A stretch of 64,000 nucleotides of DNA. It comes from an uncultured Planctomycetales bacterium (GTDB taxonomy: Bacteria > Planctomycetota > Phycisphaerae > UBA1845 > JAFGLZ01). Made by a program: the position numbers and the translations under genes. A model generated the notes under the pieces. The model saw only the letters and a program-made list of their open reading frames with translations. It was not told the DNA's origin and searched no databases. The first letter of the stretch is position 1, and every line of letters begins with the position of its first letter. Positions 9,713 to 20,274 of the stretch are shown in pieces. The stretch covers positions 92,054-156,053 of the forward strand of contig CAZUQM010000012.1 in the NCBI GenBank assembly GCA_964622545.1, in the 5' to 3' direction.

Positions 9713-10729
9713 CTAGCCCTGCCCGACCACGCCCAAGCCCGGCCGATCGGTGAGCGTCAACCGGCCGCCCTCACCCCCGATGCCCGAGAACGGGTCGTTC
9801 GCGATCAACAGGTGCCCATCGAGGTCGATCCAGTCGACGAGTGGGGCGAGGTGAGCCGCCTGGGCGATGCCGAGGCTGGATTCGATCATACAACCGAGCA
9901 TGATCTTCAGATCACACGCACGTGCTAGGTGGATCATGCGAAGCGCCTGGCGAATGCCGCCGCACTTGCAGAGCTTGATGTTGATGCCGTCGACGCAACC
10001 GGCCAGGCCTACCACATCGGCGGGGCGGACGCTGCTCTCATCGGCCACGATGGGCAGCGGGCTGTCCTGGCGGACGGCGCGGAGGGTGTCGTTGTCGCCT
10101 GGGGCGATGGGCTGCTCGACGAACTCCACATCGAAGGGCTCCAGCCCGCGGATGCGAGCGACGGCGTCGTCGACCGACCAGCCGCAGTTGGCGTCGACAC
10201 GAAGCGTCTTGCCCGGGGCCGCGCGGCGGACCGCCGAGAGGATCTGCTCGTCGGCGTCCGTACCGACCTTCACCTTCAGGATGGGGTACTCGGCGGCCTC
10301 GGCGGTCTTGGCCTCGATGGTCGCGGGGTCGTCGATGCCGATGGTGAACGAGGATGTCGGGGCCGTGGCGGCGTCGAGCCCGAGGAGCCTCCACACGGGG
10401 ACGCCGAGCTTCTTGCCGACCCAATCGTGGAGGGCCCCGTCGAGAGCGGCTACGGCCGAGCGCTGGTCGTCGAAGCGGTCGAGGCAGCGTGCGAGGATCG
10501 GCTCGATCTGGAAGGGGTCGTCGCCGAGCAGGTCGGTCATGCCGGCGAAGGCGGCCTCGGCCGACTGGAGGGTCTGCCCGTAGTAGCTGGTCGGGACCGC
10601 CTCGCCGAGGCCGACGAGTCCGTCGTGCTCGAGTTCGACCACCAGGGTCTGCTTGGCCGAGATGCTCGACCTTGCGATCGTAAAGGTGTGTCGGAGAATG
10701 AGTTCTTGTCTGCGGCACGTGAGTCGCAT
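9713..10729 (-). CDS. dipeptide epimerase (enolase superfamily)
   Basis: 338-aa ORF. It shows ILKVKVG, LRVDANCGW, FVEQP and ADES metal/catalytic blocks of the L-Ala-D/L-Glu epimerase / muconate cycloisomerase family. Confidence 0.85.
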   Translation of the reverse strand: MRLTCRRQELILRHTFTIARSSISAKQTLVVELEHDGLVGLGEAVPTSYYGQTLQSAEAAFAGMTDLLGDDPFQIEPILARCLDRFDDQRSAVAALDGALHDWVGKKLGVPVWRLLGLDAATAPTSSFTIGIDDPATIEAKTAEAAEYPILKVKVGTDADEQILSAVRRAAPGKTLRVDANCGWSVDDAVARIRGLEPFDVEFVEQPIAPGDNDTLRAVRQDSPLPIVADESSVRPADVVGLAGCVDGINIKLCKCGGIRQALRMIHLARACDLKIMLGCMIESSLGIAQAAHLAPLVDWIDLDGHLLIANDPFSGIGGEGGRLTLTDRPGLGVVGQG

Positions 10730-10780
10730 GGGGTCGGTGATCCTGGAGGAGAGGTTCCGGCGAGAATCCAGCCCAAAGTA

Positions 10781-10808
10781 TTGACATCGAAGCGGTTATG
10801 GTTACAAT
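10781..10808 (+). promoter_or_regulatory. putative sigma-70-type promoter (TTGACA-N16-TACAAT)
   Basis: Near-consensus hexamers read directly at 10781-10786 and 10803-10808. They lie in a less GC-rich divergent intergenic region about 145 nt upstream of ORF 10954. The spacer is 16 nt and function is untested. Confidence 0.3.
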
Positions 10809-10953
10809 AAACCGTTCGCCCGTCTCGCTCGATCGGGCGTGCACCGCCCTAAGCGAGGGTGAAGCGCTGTGGCATCTTATACGGTGCCGCAATACCTTGC
10901 CGCAAGGCCCGAAGAATCGGACACGGATCGGCCGATCATAACGATGGACCAGC

Positions 10954-11661
10954 ATGGAGGCTAGCGAAGGCATGATCCTACGAACGACGGCCAGAGCACT
11001 CGTGTTGATGCTTGCGACGGCGACGGCGGCTGACGCGGCGGCGTATATCCCCGGTCAGGGCGCGCGGTCGTGGCAGCTTGACTTCGACTTCGTCGATCCG
11101 CAGACGATCACGGTCAAGCTGCCGGGCGCCGACAAGCCCCAGACGTTCTGGTACATGCTGTACACGGTTACGAACAACACCGGCCGCGAGGTGCCGTTTC
11201 TGCCGCGGTTCGAGCTGATGACGAACACGATGCGCGTGCTGCCGGGTGATCCTGGCGTGCATCCGTTGGTCTTCGCGGCGATCCAGAAGCGGCATCGCCC
11301 GACGCACCCGCTGTTGGTCGAGCCGGTCAAGATGATGGGGCGGCTGTTGCAGGGTGCGGACAACGCACGGAGCAGCGTGGTCATCTGGCCGCAGTTCGAC
11401 ATCAAGGCGAACCAGTTCACGGTATACGTGGCCGGGCTGAGCGGCGAGGCGAAGCTGCTGCCGAATCCGGACTACAAGCCCGGTCAGCCGGAGTACAAGA
11501 CCAAGACGTTGCCGAGCGGCGCGACGGTCCGGGTGCCGGTGAACCTACGGTATTTCACGCTCCGCAAGACGCTGGCGCTGCGGTATCTGCTGCCGGGCGA
11601 CCTGAAGACACGGGACACGGCGCATGCGGGGCGTCTCGGGATGGAATGGATCATGAGGTAG
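10954..11661 (+). CDS. hypothetical secreted protein
   Basis: 235-aa ORF with N-terminal signal-like [16 protein letters not shown]. No family recognised. The composition looks coding. Confidence 0.55.
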   Translation: MEASEGMILRTTARALVLMLATATAADAAAYIPGQGARSWQLDFDFVDPQTITVKLPGADKPQTFWYMLYTVTNNTGREVPFLPRFELMTNTMRVLPGDPGVHPLVFAAIQKRHRPTHPLLVEPVKMMGRLLQGADNARSSVVIWPQFDIKANQFTVYVAGLSGEAKLLPNPDYKPGQPEYKTKTLPSGATVRVPVNLRYFTLRKTLALRYLLPGDLKTRDTAHAGRLGMEWIMR

Positions 11662-11698
11662 CCGGGTCACAACAGGCCCGCGATGTGGAGTTGCAGCG

Positions 11699-11947
11699 AT
11701 GGCACATAAGAAGGGACAAGGCTCGAGTCGCAACGGCCGCGACAGCAATGCGCAATATCGCGGCGTGAAGGCGTTCGGCGGACAGACGGTCAAGTCGGGC
11801 TCGATCATCGTGCGGCAGTGCGGCACGCCGTTCAAGCCGGGGATGAATGTCCGGCGTGGCCGCGACGACACGCTGTTCTCGGTGGTCGAGGGGCGCGTCG
11901 AGTTTCAGGGGCGCAAGGTGTCCGTCGTCCCGCTGGCGCAGAACTGA
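11699..11947 (+). CDS. rpmA: 50S ribosomal protein L27
   Basis: [29 protein letters not shown]...[19 protein letters not shown] is a canonical L27 sequence. Confidence 0.97.
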   Translation: MAHKKGQGSSRNGRDSNAQYRGVKAFGGQTVKSGSIIVRQCGTPFKPGMNVRRGRDDTLFSVVEGRVEFQGRKVSVVPLAQN

Positions 11948-11975
11948 CAGGCGCAATCATCCAGGTGGGCTGTTC

Positions 11976-12005
11976 GGGGGTGGCCCGTGAGGCCACCCCC
12001 TTTTT
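11976..12005 (+). terminator. intrinsic terminator-like hairpin between rpmA and obg
   Basis: GGGGGTGGCC-cgtga-GGCCACCCCC (10-bp stem) is followed directly by TTTTT at 12001-12005. It lies 29 nt after the rpmA stop. Confidence 0.6.
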
Positions 12006-12021
12006 CGTCGGGTGACAGAGC

Positions 12022-13035
12022 ATGTTCGTTGACGAGGCGGACATCCACGTCAAGGGCGGTGACGGCGGGCCGGGTTGCGTCAGCTTCCGCCGCGAGAAGT
12101 TCGTGCCGCATGGCGGGCCGGACGGCGGCGACGGCGGAGACGGTGGCGGCGTGTACCTGGTCGCTCGCGAGGGCGTGGACACCTTGATGGACCTGAAGGG
12201 CCGCCGCCACTGGGAGGCCGAGCGCGGGCGTCACGGGCAAGGCAAAAACATGCACGGCCGGCGCGGCAAGGACGTCGTCATCGAGGTGCCGCGCGGGACG
12301 CTGGTGTACGATCTGGAGACGGGCATCCTCCTGAAGGACCTGGTCGAGGCCGACCGACCGGTGTGTATCGCCGCCGGCGGCAAGGGCGGCAAGGGCAACA
12401 AGCACTTCGCCTCCTCGACGCATCAGACCCCGCGTGAGCACGAACCCGGCCGGCCCGGCGAGGAGCGCTGGCTGCGGCTCGAGCTCAAGCTGATTGCCGA
12501 CGTGGGGCTGGTGGGTCTTCCCAACGCCGGCAAGAGCACACTGCTGTCGCGCCTCAGCCGCGCCCGGCCGAAGGTGGCCGACTATCCGTTCACGACGCTC
12601 GATCCTCAACTGGGCATCGTGGAGCTACCCGGATGGCGGCGGATGGTGATGGCCGATTTGCCCGGTCTGATCGAGGGTGCTCACGAGGGCAAGGGGCTGG
12701 GTGATACGTTCCTCAAGCATATCGAGCGCACCCGCGTCCTGGTGCACCTGGTGGACGTGATGGGTACCCCGGGCGACCCGGTCGAGCACTATCGCAGTAT
12801 TCGCCATGAGCTGACGAAGTACTCTCGGGTCTTGGCCGAGAAGCCCGAACTGGTCGTGGCCAGCAAGATGGACTTGACCGATGCCGAGGACGCCGCCGAT
12901 CTGCTCGAGGAGGAACTGGGGCGGGAGGTCTTGCGAATCAGCTCGGCGACGGGTCAAGGGCTGGAAGCGGTGCTGGACCGCCTCTGGGAGATGGTCGAGG
13001 CGGCCAAACGACCGGAGGGCAGCACGGCATCGTGA
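12022..13035 (+). CDS. obg: GTPase Obg/CgtA
   Basis: [42 protein letters not shown] is the Obg fold. GLPNAGKST (G1), DLPGLIEGA (G3) and SKMD (G4) follow. Confidence 0.97.
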   Translation: MFVDEADIHVKGGDGGPGCVSFRREKFVPHGGPDGGDGGDGGGVYLVAREGVDTLMDLKGRRHWEAERGRHGQGKNMHGRRGKDVVIEVPRGTLVYDLETGILLKDLVEADRPVCIAAGGKGGKGNKHFASSTHQTPREHEPGRPGEERWLRLELKLIADVGLVGLPNAGKSTLLSRLSRARPKVADYPFTTLDPQLGIVELPGWRRMVMADLPGLIEGAHEGKGLGDTFLKHIERTRVLVHLVDVMGTPGDPVEHYRSIRHELTKYSRVLAEKPELVVASKMDLTDAEDAADLLEEELGREVLRISSATGQGLEAVLDRLWEMVEAAKRPEGSTAS

Positions 13036-13109
13036 CGGCCCGCTCGGAATGACGCGGCGGGGTCACCGGCCCTAACAGGAGCTTCATCCACCTATCATGG
13101 GAGGCGACG

Positions 13110-14765
13110 ATGGTCGTGATGGTGGCGGCGTTTCAGGCGGCACTTGCTGCGGCGGGTGCCCAAGGGCCTAGTCAGGAGGTCACCGCGCCTGCCGACCTGG
13201 CACTGACGTACCGGTCGGAGGTGGACAACACCGAGCAGCCCTATCGCCTGTACCTGCCATCGGCATATGACGGCAGGCGCCGACTGCCGCTGTTCATCGC
13301 CATGCACGGCACGGGCGGCGATCAGAACAAGTACTTCGACCACGCCGCCTACGGCCAAGGCATCTACAAGCGCGAGGCCGAGAAGCGCGGCATCATCGTG
13401 GTCTGCCCGCACGGACGCGGCACCACCGAGTACCGCGGCATCGGCGAGAACGACGTGCTGACCGTGATCGAGGAGGTGTGCCGGCGGTTCAAGGTCGACG
13501 AGGATCGCATCGTGTGCAGCGGTCAGTCGATGGGCGGCACGGGCACCACGTACCTCTGCTGCCGCTATCCGGATCGCTTCGCCGGCGGCGCGCCGCTGGC
13601 CTCGACGTACGGACACATCGCGCTGGTGGTGAACCTGCGGCACGTACCGATGCTGTACGTCCAGGGCGCCAAGGACTGGCGGATCTACGCCAAGGATGGG
13701 CCGATCCCCATCACGAAGCGGATGCAGGAGCTGGGTTACGAGGGACGGTTGTGGACGATCCCCGATCAGCCGCACAACACGATGACCGTCAGCACCGGCC
13801 CGGTGCTGGATTGGGCTCTGGAGCAGCGGTTGGTGCGGCATCCGAAGCGGGTGACCTTTCGGGCGTATCTGCCCATTCACGGCCGGGCATACTGGATCGA
13901 GATCCAGGCGATCGACGAGATCGGCCCGTGCGCGGAGATCGATGCGACGATCGAGCCCGGAAACACCATCGCGGTGAGGCTTCGCAACGCCCGACAGGTG
14001 GCCCTACGACCGGAGCCGGCTTTGCTCGAGCTGTCCGAGCCGATTCGGGTGGTCGCTAGCGGCAAGCGGGTCTTCGAGGGGCGATGTGGGGCTCAGCAAG
14101 AGATTCGCCTCCGCCGGTCCGGCGGCTCGTGGCGGGCGTCGGTGGTGCCCCGCAATCCGAGGCCGCCAACGGCCTATCGAACGCACAAGATCGGCAAGGT
14201 GATCGTCCCGCCGACCCAGAGGGGCCGCGCCGAGACGTCCAGGGGCACCTGGATGGCCGAGATGATGCGCGATGCGACGAAGGCGGACGTGGCGATCTAC
14301 AACCGGCGCTACGACCGCGGTGTGCCCTTTCGAAAGGGCCAGGACGTCTACCTTGTCGACCTGCTGAACTGGATCCGTCCGTGCAACCGCTGCCTGAGCA
14401 TGTTCGATATCAGCGGGGCCGGCCTGCTGAAGATCCTCGAGGACAACATTCGCAACGAGAAGAAGGACGCCGAGTTCCTGTTGCAGGTCGCGGGCTGCCG
14501 CTATGCCTTCGATCGCAGGCGGCCCAAGGGCAAGCGAATCGTGGAGACCGACATCGATCCGGACAAGACCTACACCGTCGTGTGCGAAGGCCAGGTGATG
14601 AGCCGCGGCGATACGTGCTTCCTGGCCGGTCGGTTCGAAAAGATGCCCTACGAGAACCTCGAGATCACGAACATCACGGCCGCGTGGCGGTACATCGCCA
14701 AGCATAACGGCCGAGTCAAGGGCTGGACCGACGGGCGCGTCAAGGACGTCACGTCGACGAAGTGA
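13110..14765 (+). CDS. secreted alpha/beta hydrolase (esterase-like) with extra C-terminal domain
   Basis: 551-aa ORF with GGGAGG upstream. YRLYLPSAYDG...LPLFIAMHGTGGD and the nucleophile elbow GQSMGG indicate an esterase/PHB-depolymerase-like fold. The C-terminal half resembles a 5-prime-nucleotidase C-terminal domain, but weakly. Confidence 0.65.
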   Translation: MVVMVAAFQAALAAAGAQGPSQEVTAPADLALTYRSEVDNTEQPYRLYLPSAYDGRRRLPLFIAMHGTGGDQNKYFDHAAYGQGIYKREAEKRGIIVVCPHGRGTTEYRGIGENDVLTVIEEVCRRFKVDEDRIVCSGQSMGGTGTTYLCCRYPDRFAGGAPLASTYGHIALVVNLRHVPMLYVQGAKDWRIYAKDGPIPITKRMQELGYEGRLWTIPDQPHNTMTVSTGPVLDWALEQRLVRHPKRVTFRAYLPIHGRAYWIEIQAIDEIGPCAEIDATIEPGNTIAVRLRNARQVALRPEPALLELSEPIRVVASGKRVFEGRCGAQQEIRLRRSGGSWRASVVPRNPRPPTAYRTHKIGKVIVPPTQRGRAETSRGTWMAEMMRDATKADVAIYNRRYDRGVPFRKGQDVYLVDLLNWIRPCNRCLSMFDISGAGLLKILEDNIRNEKKDAEFLLQVAGCRYAFDRRRPKGKRIVETDIDPDKTYTVVCEGQVMSRGDTCFLAGRFEKMPYENLEITNITAAWRYIAKHNGRVKGWTDGRVKDVTSTK

Positions 14766-14972
14766 GCCGGCTGGGCCGGTCCTTCCCATCACACGCCAGC
14801 GCTCTCCCCGAGCAGGGGCACCGTCTGAGACGCGACCGTAAGGGTTCAGTGTTGTTCGCTGCCGAATCCACGTATTGCGTTGTCGATTGGTCGACGTGTT
14901 GACCTGGCGCGCCGCGGTATCACGCCACTGCATCGAAAGTCGCGGCTCGGCGGGAGCCTCGCCCTCTGCGGC

Positions 14973-16772
14973 TTACTTCGGTCGATACCGCCGCGTCACC
15001 TCGTTCTCGGCCGGGATGATGCCGTAGAGCTCCGGTCGGCGGCGGCCGAAGATCATTCGCCGCCACCCCGGGCGCTGCTCGGGCACGTCGCCGGTGTAGT
15101 AGCTGGGGATGCCGGTCTTGCCGGGCTTCGGTTGGTGGGCCCGCTTGCCCGCGTAGTAGACCTTCTTGTCGTCGAAGTCGATGTCGACGTACACCGCGCC
15201 GTTCCGCTGAAAATGCGACGCGGCCATCACGTACCCGTACGGGTCGATGATGAGCGACCGCAGGCCCGGGTCGGACGTGTTCCAGTGGGCACAGGCGACC
15301 CAACAGCCGTTGTCGATCGCTCGGGCCCGGAGCATCCGTTCGTTGTTGTCGCCGTCGGCGCCCCAGTGCTGGCTCGGATCGAGAATCAGCTCGGCGCCCT
15401 TCAGCGCGAGGACGCGGTCGATCTCTCCGGTGTACAGGTCGCCGCAGATGTGGATCCCGATGCGGGCGAAGTCGGTATCGAACACCTTGATCTCGTCGAA
15501 GCCCTTGGTCCAGTAGATCGGCTCAACGAAGACCTGCTTGCCGGCGCGGTCCCAGACGATCGCACGGCTGAGGCGGTCCTGCTTGCGCAGTCCTCCGATG
15601 ACGATGTAGCAGTTCATCCGCTTGGCCCGCTCGGCCACCATGGCCATGGCCTTGCGGCCCGTCTCGTTCTCGACCACGGCCGACATCTCGCTCAGCAGCA
15701 GCAGGTCGGGCTTGAAGGCCGCGGCCTGATCGATCACGTCGAGCATGACCTTGGGGATCTGGTTGTCGCGCCAGATGTGCGCCGGATCGAAGTAGCCCAC
15801 GGCGATGCGGGCGGTCCGCTTCTTGAACGCGGGAAGCTCAGGCGGCGACCACGGCTCGGCGATGGGGCGGAACGCGGTGCGATCGCCCAGGCAATTGCAG
15901 AAGAAGATGTTTTCCTCCTGCATGTAGGGTAGATGGACGTTACGCTTGCGCTCGTCGAGATCGACGGTCGCTCGAGCGATGCCGTCGTCGTAGCCGGTGT
16001 CGGCGATGGGCGTGCCGACGCGATTGAGGATCATGCTGCGTCCCCAGGCCGCGCCCTGCATCCCGCGGGCGTAGCGGTTGGCAAGGTACGTTCGCGGATC
16101 GGCGTACATGGCCGTGATCAGGTGGGCGTGGCTGTCGAGGCAACGGGCCTTGAGGATCGGCGGCCATTGCCAGTGCTCACGGAAGCGTTCGGGGTAGTGG
16201 TGCCAGACGAGCACGTCGGCGCCTTGGAGCCGCAGTACGTTGGCGACCTCGGGGAAGGTGATGTCGGTGGTGACCATCATGCCGACGGTGCCGAACGCGG
16301 TCTTGAACACGGGCAGGTCGTCGCCGAGGGCGATGCCGTCGTCGTCGGGCAAGGCGTGGGTCTTGCGGGCCTTGCCGATGAGCTTGCCGTCGGGCCCGAT
16401 GAGCAGGGCGGTGTGGTAGGTCTTGTCGTCCGGTGTCTGCTCGACGAGCGCCACGGCCAGGTGCGTCTTGTGCCCTTGCGCGGCGGCGCGGAGGTCGGCC
16501 AGATCGGAGGCCTCGTGTTCGGATCTGAAGCGCAGGAACGGCGCGAACGGCAGCACGACGAGGTCGTTGTCGCCGAGCTTGGCGGCATGGTGGACGGCAT
16601 CGAGGACGGCCTGACGGGTCTTGTCCTGGTCCGTGTCGTTCAGGCAGACGGCGGCGAACGTGACGACGCGACCGTCGCCGGCGCGGACGGCCGATCCGAA
16701 AGGGAGCGCGCCAAGGAGGGCCGTGCTCAGGACGATCAGACGATGGGTGCTGCTCCGTAGCGAGCGTCGCAT
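14973..16772 (-). CDS. secreted carbon-nitrogen hydrolase family protein (two nitrilase-like domains)
   Basis: ORF 14973..16928. The likely start is ATG 16772, giving the signal MRRSLRSSTHRLIVLSTALLGALPFGSAVRA. Two CN-hydrolase-like halves are present (FGTVGMMVTTDITFPE and FARIGIHICGDLY Cys blocks). Confidence 0.75.
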   Translation of the reverse strand: MRRSLRSSTHRLIVLSTALLGALPFGSAVRAGDGRVVTFAAVCLNDTDQDKTRQAVLDAVHHAAKLGDNDLVVLPFAPFLRFRSEHEASDLADLRAAAQGHKTHLAVALVEQTPDDKTYHTALLIGPDGKLIGKARKTHALPDDDGIALGDDLPVFKTAFGTVGMMVTTDITFPEVANVLRLQGADVLVWHHYPERFREHWQWPPILKARCLDSHAHLITAMYADPRTYLANRYARGMQGAAWGRSMILNRVGTPIADTGYDDGIARATVDLDERKRNVHLPYMQEENIFFCNCLGDRTAFRPIAEPWSPPELPAFKKRTARIAVGYFDPAHIWRDNQIPKVMLDVIDQAAAFKPDLLLLSEMSAVVENETGRKAMAMVAERAKRMNCYIVIGGLRKQDRLSRAIVWDRAGKQVFVEPIYWTKGFDEIKVFDTDFARIGIHICGDLYTGEIDRVLALKGAELILDPSQHWGADGDNNERMLRARAIDNGCWVACAHWNTSDPGLRSLIIDPYGYVMAASHFQRNGAVYVDIDFDDKKVYYAGKRAHQPKPGKTGIPSYYTGDVPEQRPGWRRMIFGRRRPELYGIIPAENEVTRRYRPK

Positions 16773-16836
16773 GGGTTGGGTCCTTTCTCGGCTCGCGAGC
16801 GATTCGGCCCGTGGCCGGTGGCATCGTGGGCCGCCG

Positions 16837-18858
16837 TTATGCCTTGACCAGCAGCACACCGTGAACGTGGAGGCTGGGGATCGTGGTGTGCAGGACGCCG
16901 TTCTGCCACCTCCACGGCAAGGGCGCACCAGCGGGGATCCAGACGACGTCCTGCGGCTTGGCCTTGACCTTCAGCCGGACGGTGATCGGACCGACCGACG
17001 GGATGTGATCGATAATGCCGTAGCGGCTGGAGGTCGGTCGATTCGCCAGATTCAGCAGGTGAACGCAGAGTCGGCCGGCCTTGGTGCGTCGCAGCGCGAC
17101 GTCGAGCCGCGGCGGGCCGTCCACCTCGACGGCGGGGTTCGGGAAGAGCTTGGCCACGATGTCACCGAGGCACCGTCGCAGATAGGGATGGTGGCTGCGG
17201 AAGAACGTCTGGCCGACCGGTCCCCAGACCGCCGCGACCTTGCCCTTGCCGTGACCCACGAGGGTGGCGGCGACCGAGGGATCCCGAGACGTGTTGCGGT
17301 CTGGGTGGCGGGTGAGGATCGACGTCGCGCCGTCGAGCTCAGCAGCTTGCCAGTTTCCATTGGCGTTGACGGGGCCGAGGGCGGTGGCCAGCTCGGCGCG
17401 GACGTGCGCCGGTTTGCCCTGAAGCGTGACGCCCAGATGGGGCTCGAAGAGCCGGGCACACTTCTCACCCAGCAGAAGCAAGCTCCCGCCGTCGGCGACG
17501 TACCGGAGCAGGGCCTTCTTGAACGGCTCGTCGAGGCGGTACGCGTCGGGGATGACCACGAGCGGAAACGCGTCCAGCCGGGGCTGCAACTGGTGCTCGG
17601 CCAGGATGTCGACCGAGTGGTGCAGCTCGAGCAGGGCGTGAAGGGTGCCCTCCATCGGCTCCGTCGTACCGGCGTAGTGGAAGAGGCGGTCGGACTGGTG
17701 GAACTGCGTCGCCGAGCTGAGCAGCAGGGCCACCTGAGGGACGGTGGTGCTCTTGTGGCTGACGGCCTGACGGGCGCGGCAGAAGTCGGCCACCTGCCCC
17801 AGGGTCTCGACGATCGTGTCGTGGATGAAGCCGGCTCGCGTGGGCGTGTTGTAGATCTGGAAGCCGCCTCCCTGCATGAGGACCACCGAGGCCTCCTGCT
17901 GGAGGTGCACGGGCGTCTTGAGGCTCCATCGCAGGTTGGGTCCCTTGTCGAACCCCCAGGCCATGAGATCCCACGGCATACCGGTGCTGGCCAGATAACG
18001 CGCCTCGACGCGGGCGCGGTCGACCGACAGGCCCGGCGAGTAGTCGCCGGAGAGGAAGTCGAGCTTGGCCACGGGCTCTTTGGGCGCGAGCGTCGTGTAC
18101 ATCCAGTTGCTGGTGATCTGCAGCTTGGGGTTGTGGTCGTGCAGGGCGTCGACCCAGTGGCAGAGGTAGCGCTCGAACGCGCGGCGGTGGAAGTCCTTCC
18201 ACTCTTGCCAATGCGGGTCGGAACGCTTCGTGGGCGCGGTCTTGTGCCCGGTCTCGGCCTGCCAGGCCTTCAGGGCGGCGGGGCCGTAGTCGGGCTTCGT
18301 GGCCCAGCACTCGCCGTCGGCCCAGATGCCGTCGAGCTGGTAGGTGTCGGTGACCTCCTTGAGCTGGGGGATGAGGAGCTCATCGACATAGGGGCCGAAG
18401 ACGCTGGTGGCGTTCTTGTCGGGCTTGCCGTCGGCGTTGATGACGGCCCACTCGGGGTTCTTCTCGATGGCGACGCTGTCCCAGACGCCGGAATAGTGGA
18501 TGTAGAGGCCCACGCCGTGGCGTCGGGTCACGGCCCGCCAGACCTTGAGGGCGTCCTTGACGATGCCGGGCGAGGGTGTGCCGACCTCGGTCGGGTAGCC
18601 GGTGTAGCCGCGATGGCCCTTGCAGTCGTATTGGACGTAGTCGGGCCTGATACGTTGGATCAGGGCCTCGAGGCGCTGCTCGGTCACATCGCGGCCCAGC
18701 ACGGTGTCCTGGGCGTTGGGATGGAGGTCGAAGTGCAGGCCGAAGAAGGACTCGCTACGAGGAAGGGGCTTTCGGGCCTCTTCCTGCTGAGCGGCGCCGA
18801 CGGCCGCGGGCACCAGGGCGGCCAGGACGAGGAACCGGCGATGCGGATCGGCGATCAT
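16837..18858 (-). CDS. secreted putative glycoside hydrolase (GHL6 / alpha-L-fucosidase-like TIM barrel)
   Basis: ORF 16837..18912. The likely start is ATG 18858, preceded by AGGAAGG. There is a signal peptide, then FGLHFDLHP, YDCKGHRGYTGYPT and DGIWADGECWA blocks. Family assignment is tentative. Confidence 0.6.
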   Translation of the reverse strand: MIADPHRRFLVLAALVPAAVGAAQQEEARKPLPRSESFFGLHFDLHPNAQDTVLGRDVTEQRLEALIQRIRPDYVQYDCKGHRGYTGYPTEVGTPSPGIVKDALKVWRAVTRRHGVGLYIHYSGVWDSVAIEKNPEWAVINADGKPDKNATSVFGPYVDELLIPQLKEVTDTYQLDGIWADGECWATKPDYGPAALKAWQAETGHKTAPTKRSDPHWQEWKDFHRRAFERYLCHWVDALHDHNPKLQITSNWMYTTLAPKEPVAKLDFLSGDYSPGLSVDRARVEARYLASTGMPWDLMAWGFDKGPNLRWSLKTPVHLQQEASVVLMQGGGFQIYNTPTRAGFIHDTIVETLGQVADFCRARQAVSHKSTTVPQVALLLSSATQFHQSDRLFHYAGTTEPMEGTLHALLELHHSVDILAEHQLQPRLDAFPLVVIPDAYRLDEPFKKALLRYVADGGSLLLLGEKCARLFEPHLGVTLQGKPAHVRAELATALGPVNANGNWQAAELDGATSILTRHPDRNTSRDPSVAATLVGHGKGKVAAVWGPVGQTFFRSHHPYLRRCLGDIVAKLFPNPAVEVDGPPRLDVALRRTKAGRLCVHLLNLANRPTSSRYGIIDHIPSVGPITVRLKVKAKPQDVVWIPAGAPLPWRWQNGVLHTTIPSLHVHGVLLVKA

Positions 18859-19090
18859 GAAAGCCTTCCTTTCTGCGAGGATAGTGCACTGCAGTGGGCC
18901 TGACGCCGCCATGGTAGCTGTGAGTGGATCGGCGTGTCAAAGCCGACTTCCGGCCGAGGTTCGGCGCCACGTCGTCCCACTCGGTGATGCCGCAACCGCG
19001 TCCAATCACACGGCCTTCGGGTTGACACGATCGTTGCGCGATGGTTACATTCCTCACAGCTTTCGAGGCCTCGGTGACCGGGAGTCGACT

Positions 19091-19447
19091 ATGGCGGAGC
19101 AGAACGCACACGTGGAGATCAGTCGCGAGGGTGGCGTGACGGTGGTGCGGTTCGCCGATCGCAAGATCCTCGAGGAGATCCCTATTGCCGAGATCGGCGA
19201 GCAATTGACGACCCTGATTGATTCGGAAGACAACATCAAGCTCCTGCTTGATTTCGAGAACGTTGAGCACCTGTCCAGCGCTGTCCTGTCGATGCTGATC
19301 AACCTGAACAAGCGCGTGGCTGAACAGAAGGGCCAGCTCAAGCTGGCCAACATCAAGCCGCAGATCTACGAGGTGTTCAAGATCACGCGTCTGAACGAGT
19401 TGTTCGACATTCGCGACTCGGTCGCCGACGCGAAGAAGAGTTTCTAG
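19091..19447 (+). CDS. STAS-domain anti-sigma-factor antagonist
   Basis: The in-frame ATG 19091 within ORF 18857..19447 gives a 118-aa protein. VVRFADRKILEE...LLLDFENVEHLSSAVLSMLINL...VFKITRLNELFDI shows the SpoIIAA/RsbV-like pattern. Confidence 0.85.
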   Translation: MAEQNAHVEISREGGVTVVRFADRKILEEIPIAEIGEQLTTLIDSEDNIKLLLDFENVEHLSSAVLSMLINLNKRVAEQKGQLKLANIKPQIYEVFKITRLNELFDIRDSVADAKKSF

Positions 19448-19565
19448 CTCCTCCGACGGTGACGCCACGCGACGTGAGGAGTCGACGGCTGCCGGATCCG
19501 GGCCCGCCGGCCTGAACGGCCCGACGTGGTGGAGTGCGAGCGGTTATCCTGCTGGTGAGGACCCG

Positions 19566-19994
19566 ATGGCCAGGCTTCCCCTGGATCAGGACCCCAATGC
19601 CGCTGAACTGGTCGTTGCCAGCGAGTTTCGCGCCGCCAAGGAGGCCGAACTTCAGATCATCGAGCAGATCGAGGCCCATGACTTCCCCGAGACCTGCTCC
19701 TTCGCCATCAAGCTCGCCCTCGAAGAGGCCATCACCAACGCCATCAAGCACGGGAACCGAGACGATCCGTCTAAGACGGTCCGATTACGCTTTCGCGTGA
19801 CACCGCGCGAGGCCGTGATCTGGGTCCGCGACGACGGGGCCGGGTTCGATCCGACCATGGTGCCTGACCCCACGCTGGACGAGAACCTCAACAAGCCCAG
19901 TGGCCGGGGGCTCATGCTCATGAGGGCCTACATGGACGAGGTGTCGTTCAACGACTCGGGCACCGAGGTCCGCATGGTCAAGCTCAATCGCTAG
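19566..19994 (+). CDS. RsbW/SpoIIAB-like anti-sigma factor Ser kinase (HATPase_c)
   Basis: 142 aa. It carries EEAITNAIKHGN (N box), VRDDGAGFDP (G1) and GRGLMLMRAYMD (G2). It sits directly downstream of the STAS gene. Confidence 0.85.
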   Translation: MARLPLDQDPNAAELVVASEFRAAKEAELQIIEQIEAHDFPETCSFAIKLALEEAITNAIKHGNRDDPSKTVRLRFRVTPREAVIWVRDDGAGFDPTMVPDPTLDENLNKPSGRGLMLMRAYMDEVSFNDSGTEVRMVKLNR

Positions 19995-20274
19995 CCCAGC
20001 GCGAAGCATGGACGCACTCGCGCGTCCAAGGCGAGACGACACACCGAGAACCACGCTCCGGGTCCGTCCCACAGGGGATGTCGGGCCGAGAGACGGCCGG
20101 CGTCCTGGCGGCGCATTCTGACGACGCGCCCCGTCCCAATCATCTAAGAAACAGTGCCTCGTTGCCGCCACGAACGGTCCGATCCGTGCGTCGACCGGCG
20201 CTTGCCGCTAAAATGCGGCGAAACCCGGCTTGCGGCAGCACACAAAGATACTCGCAGACTTGAGGTTAGCTATC

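Noticed and set aside
20009-20028. Hairpin TGGACGC-N6-GCGTCCA after the anti-sigma kinase gene, as a possible terminator
   Set aside because: It has only a 7-bp stem and no downstream T-tract, so the evidence is too weak to call.
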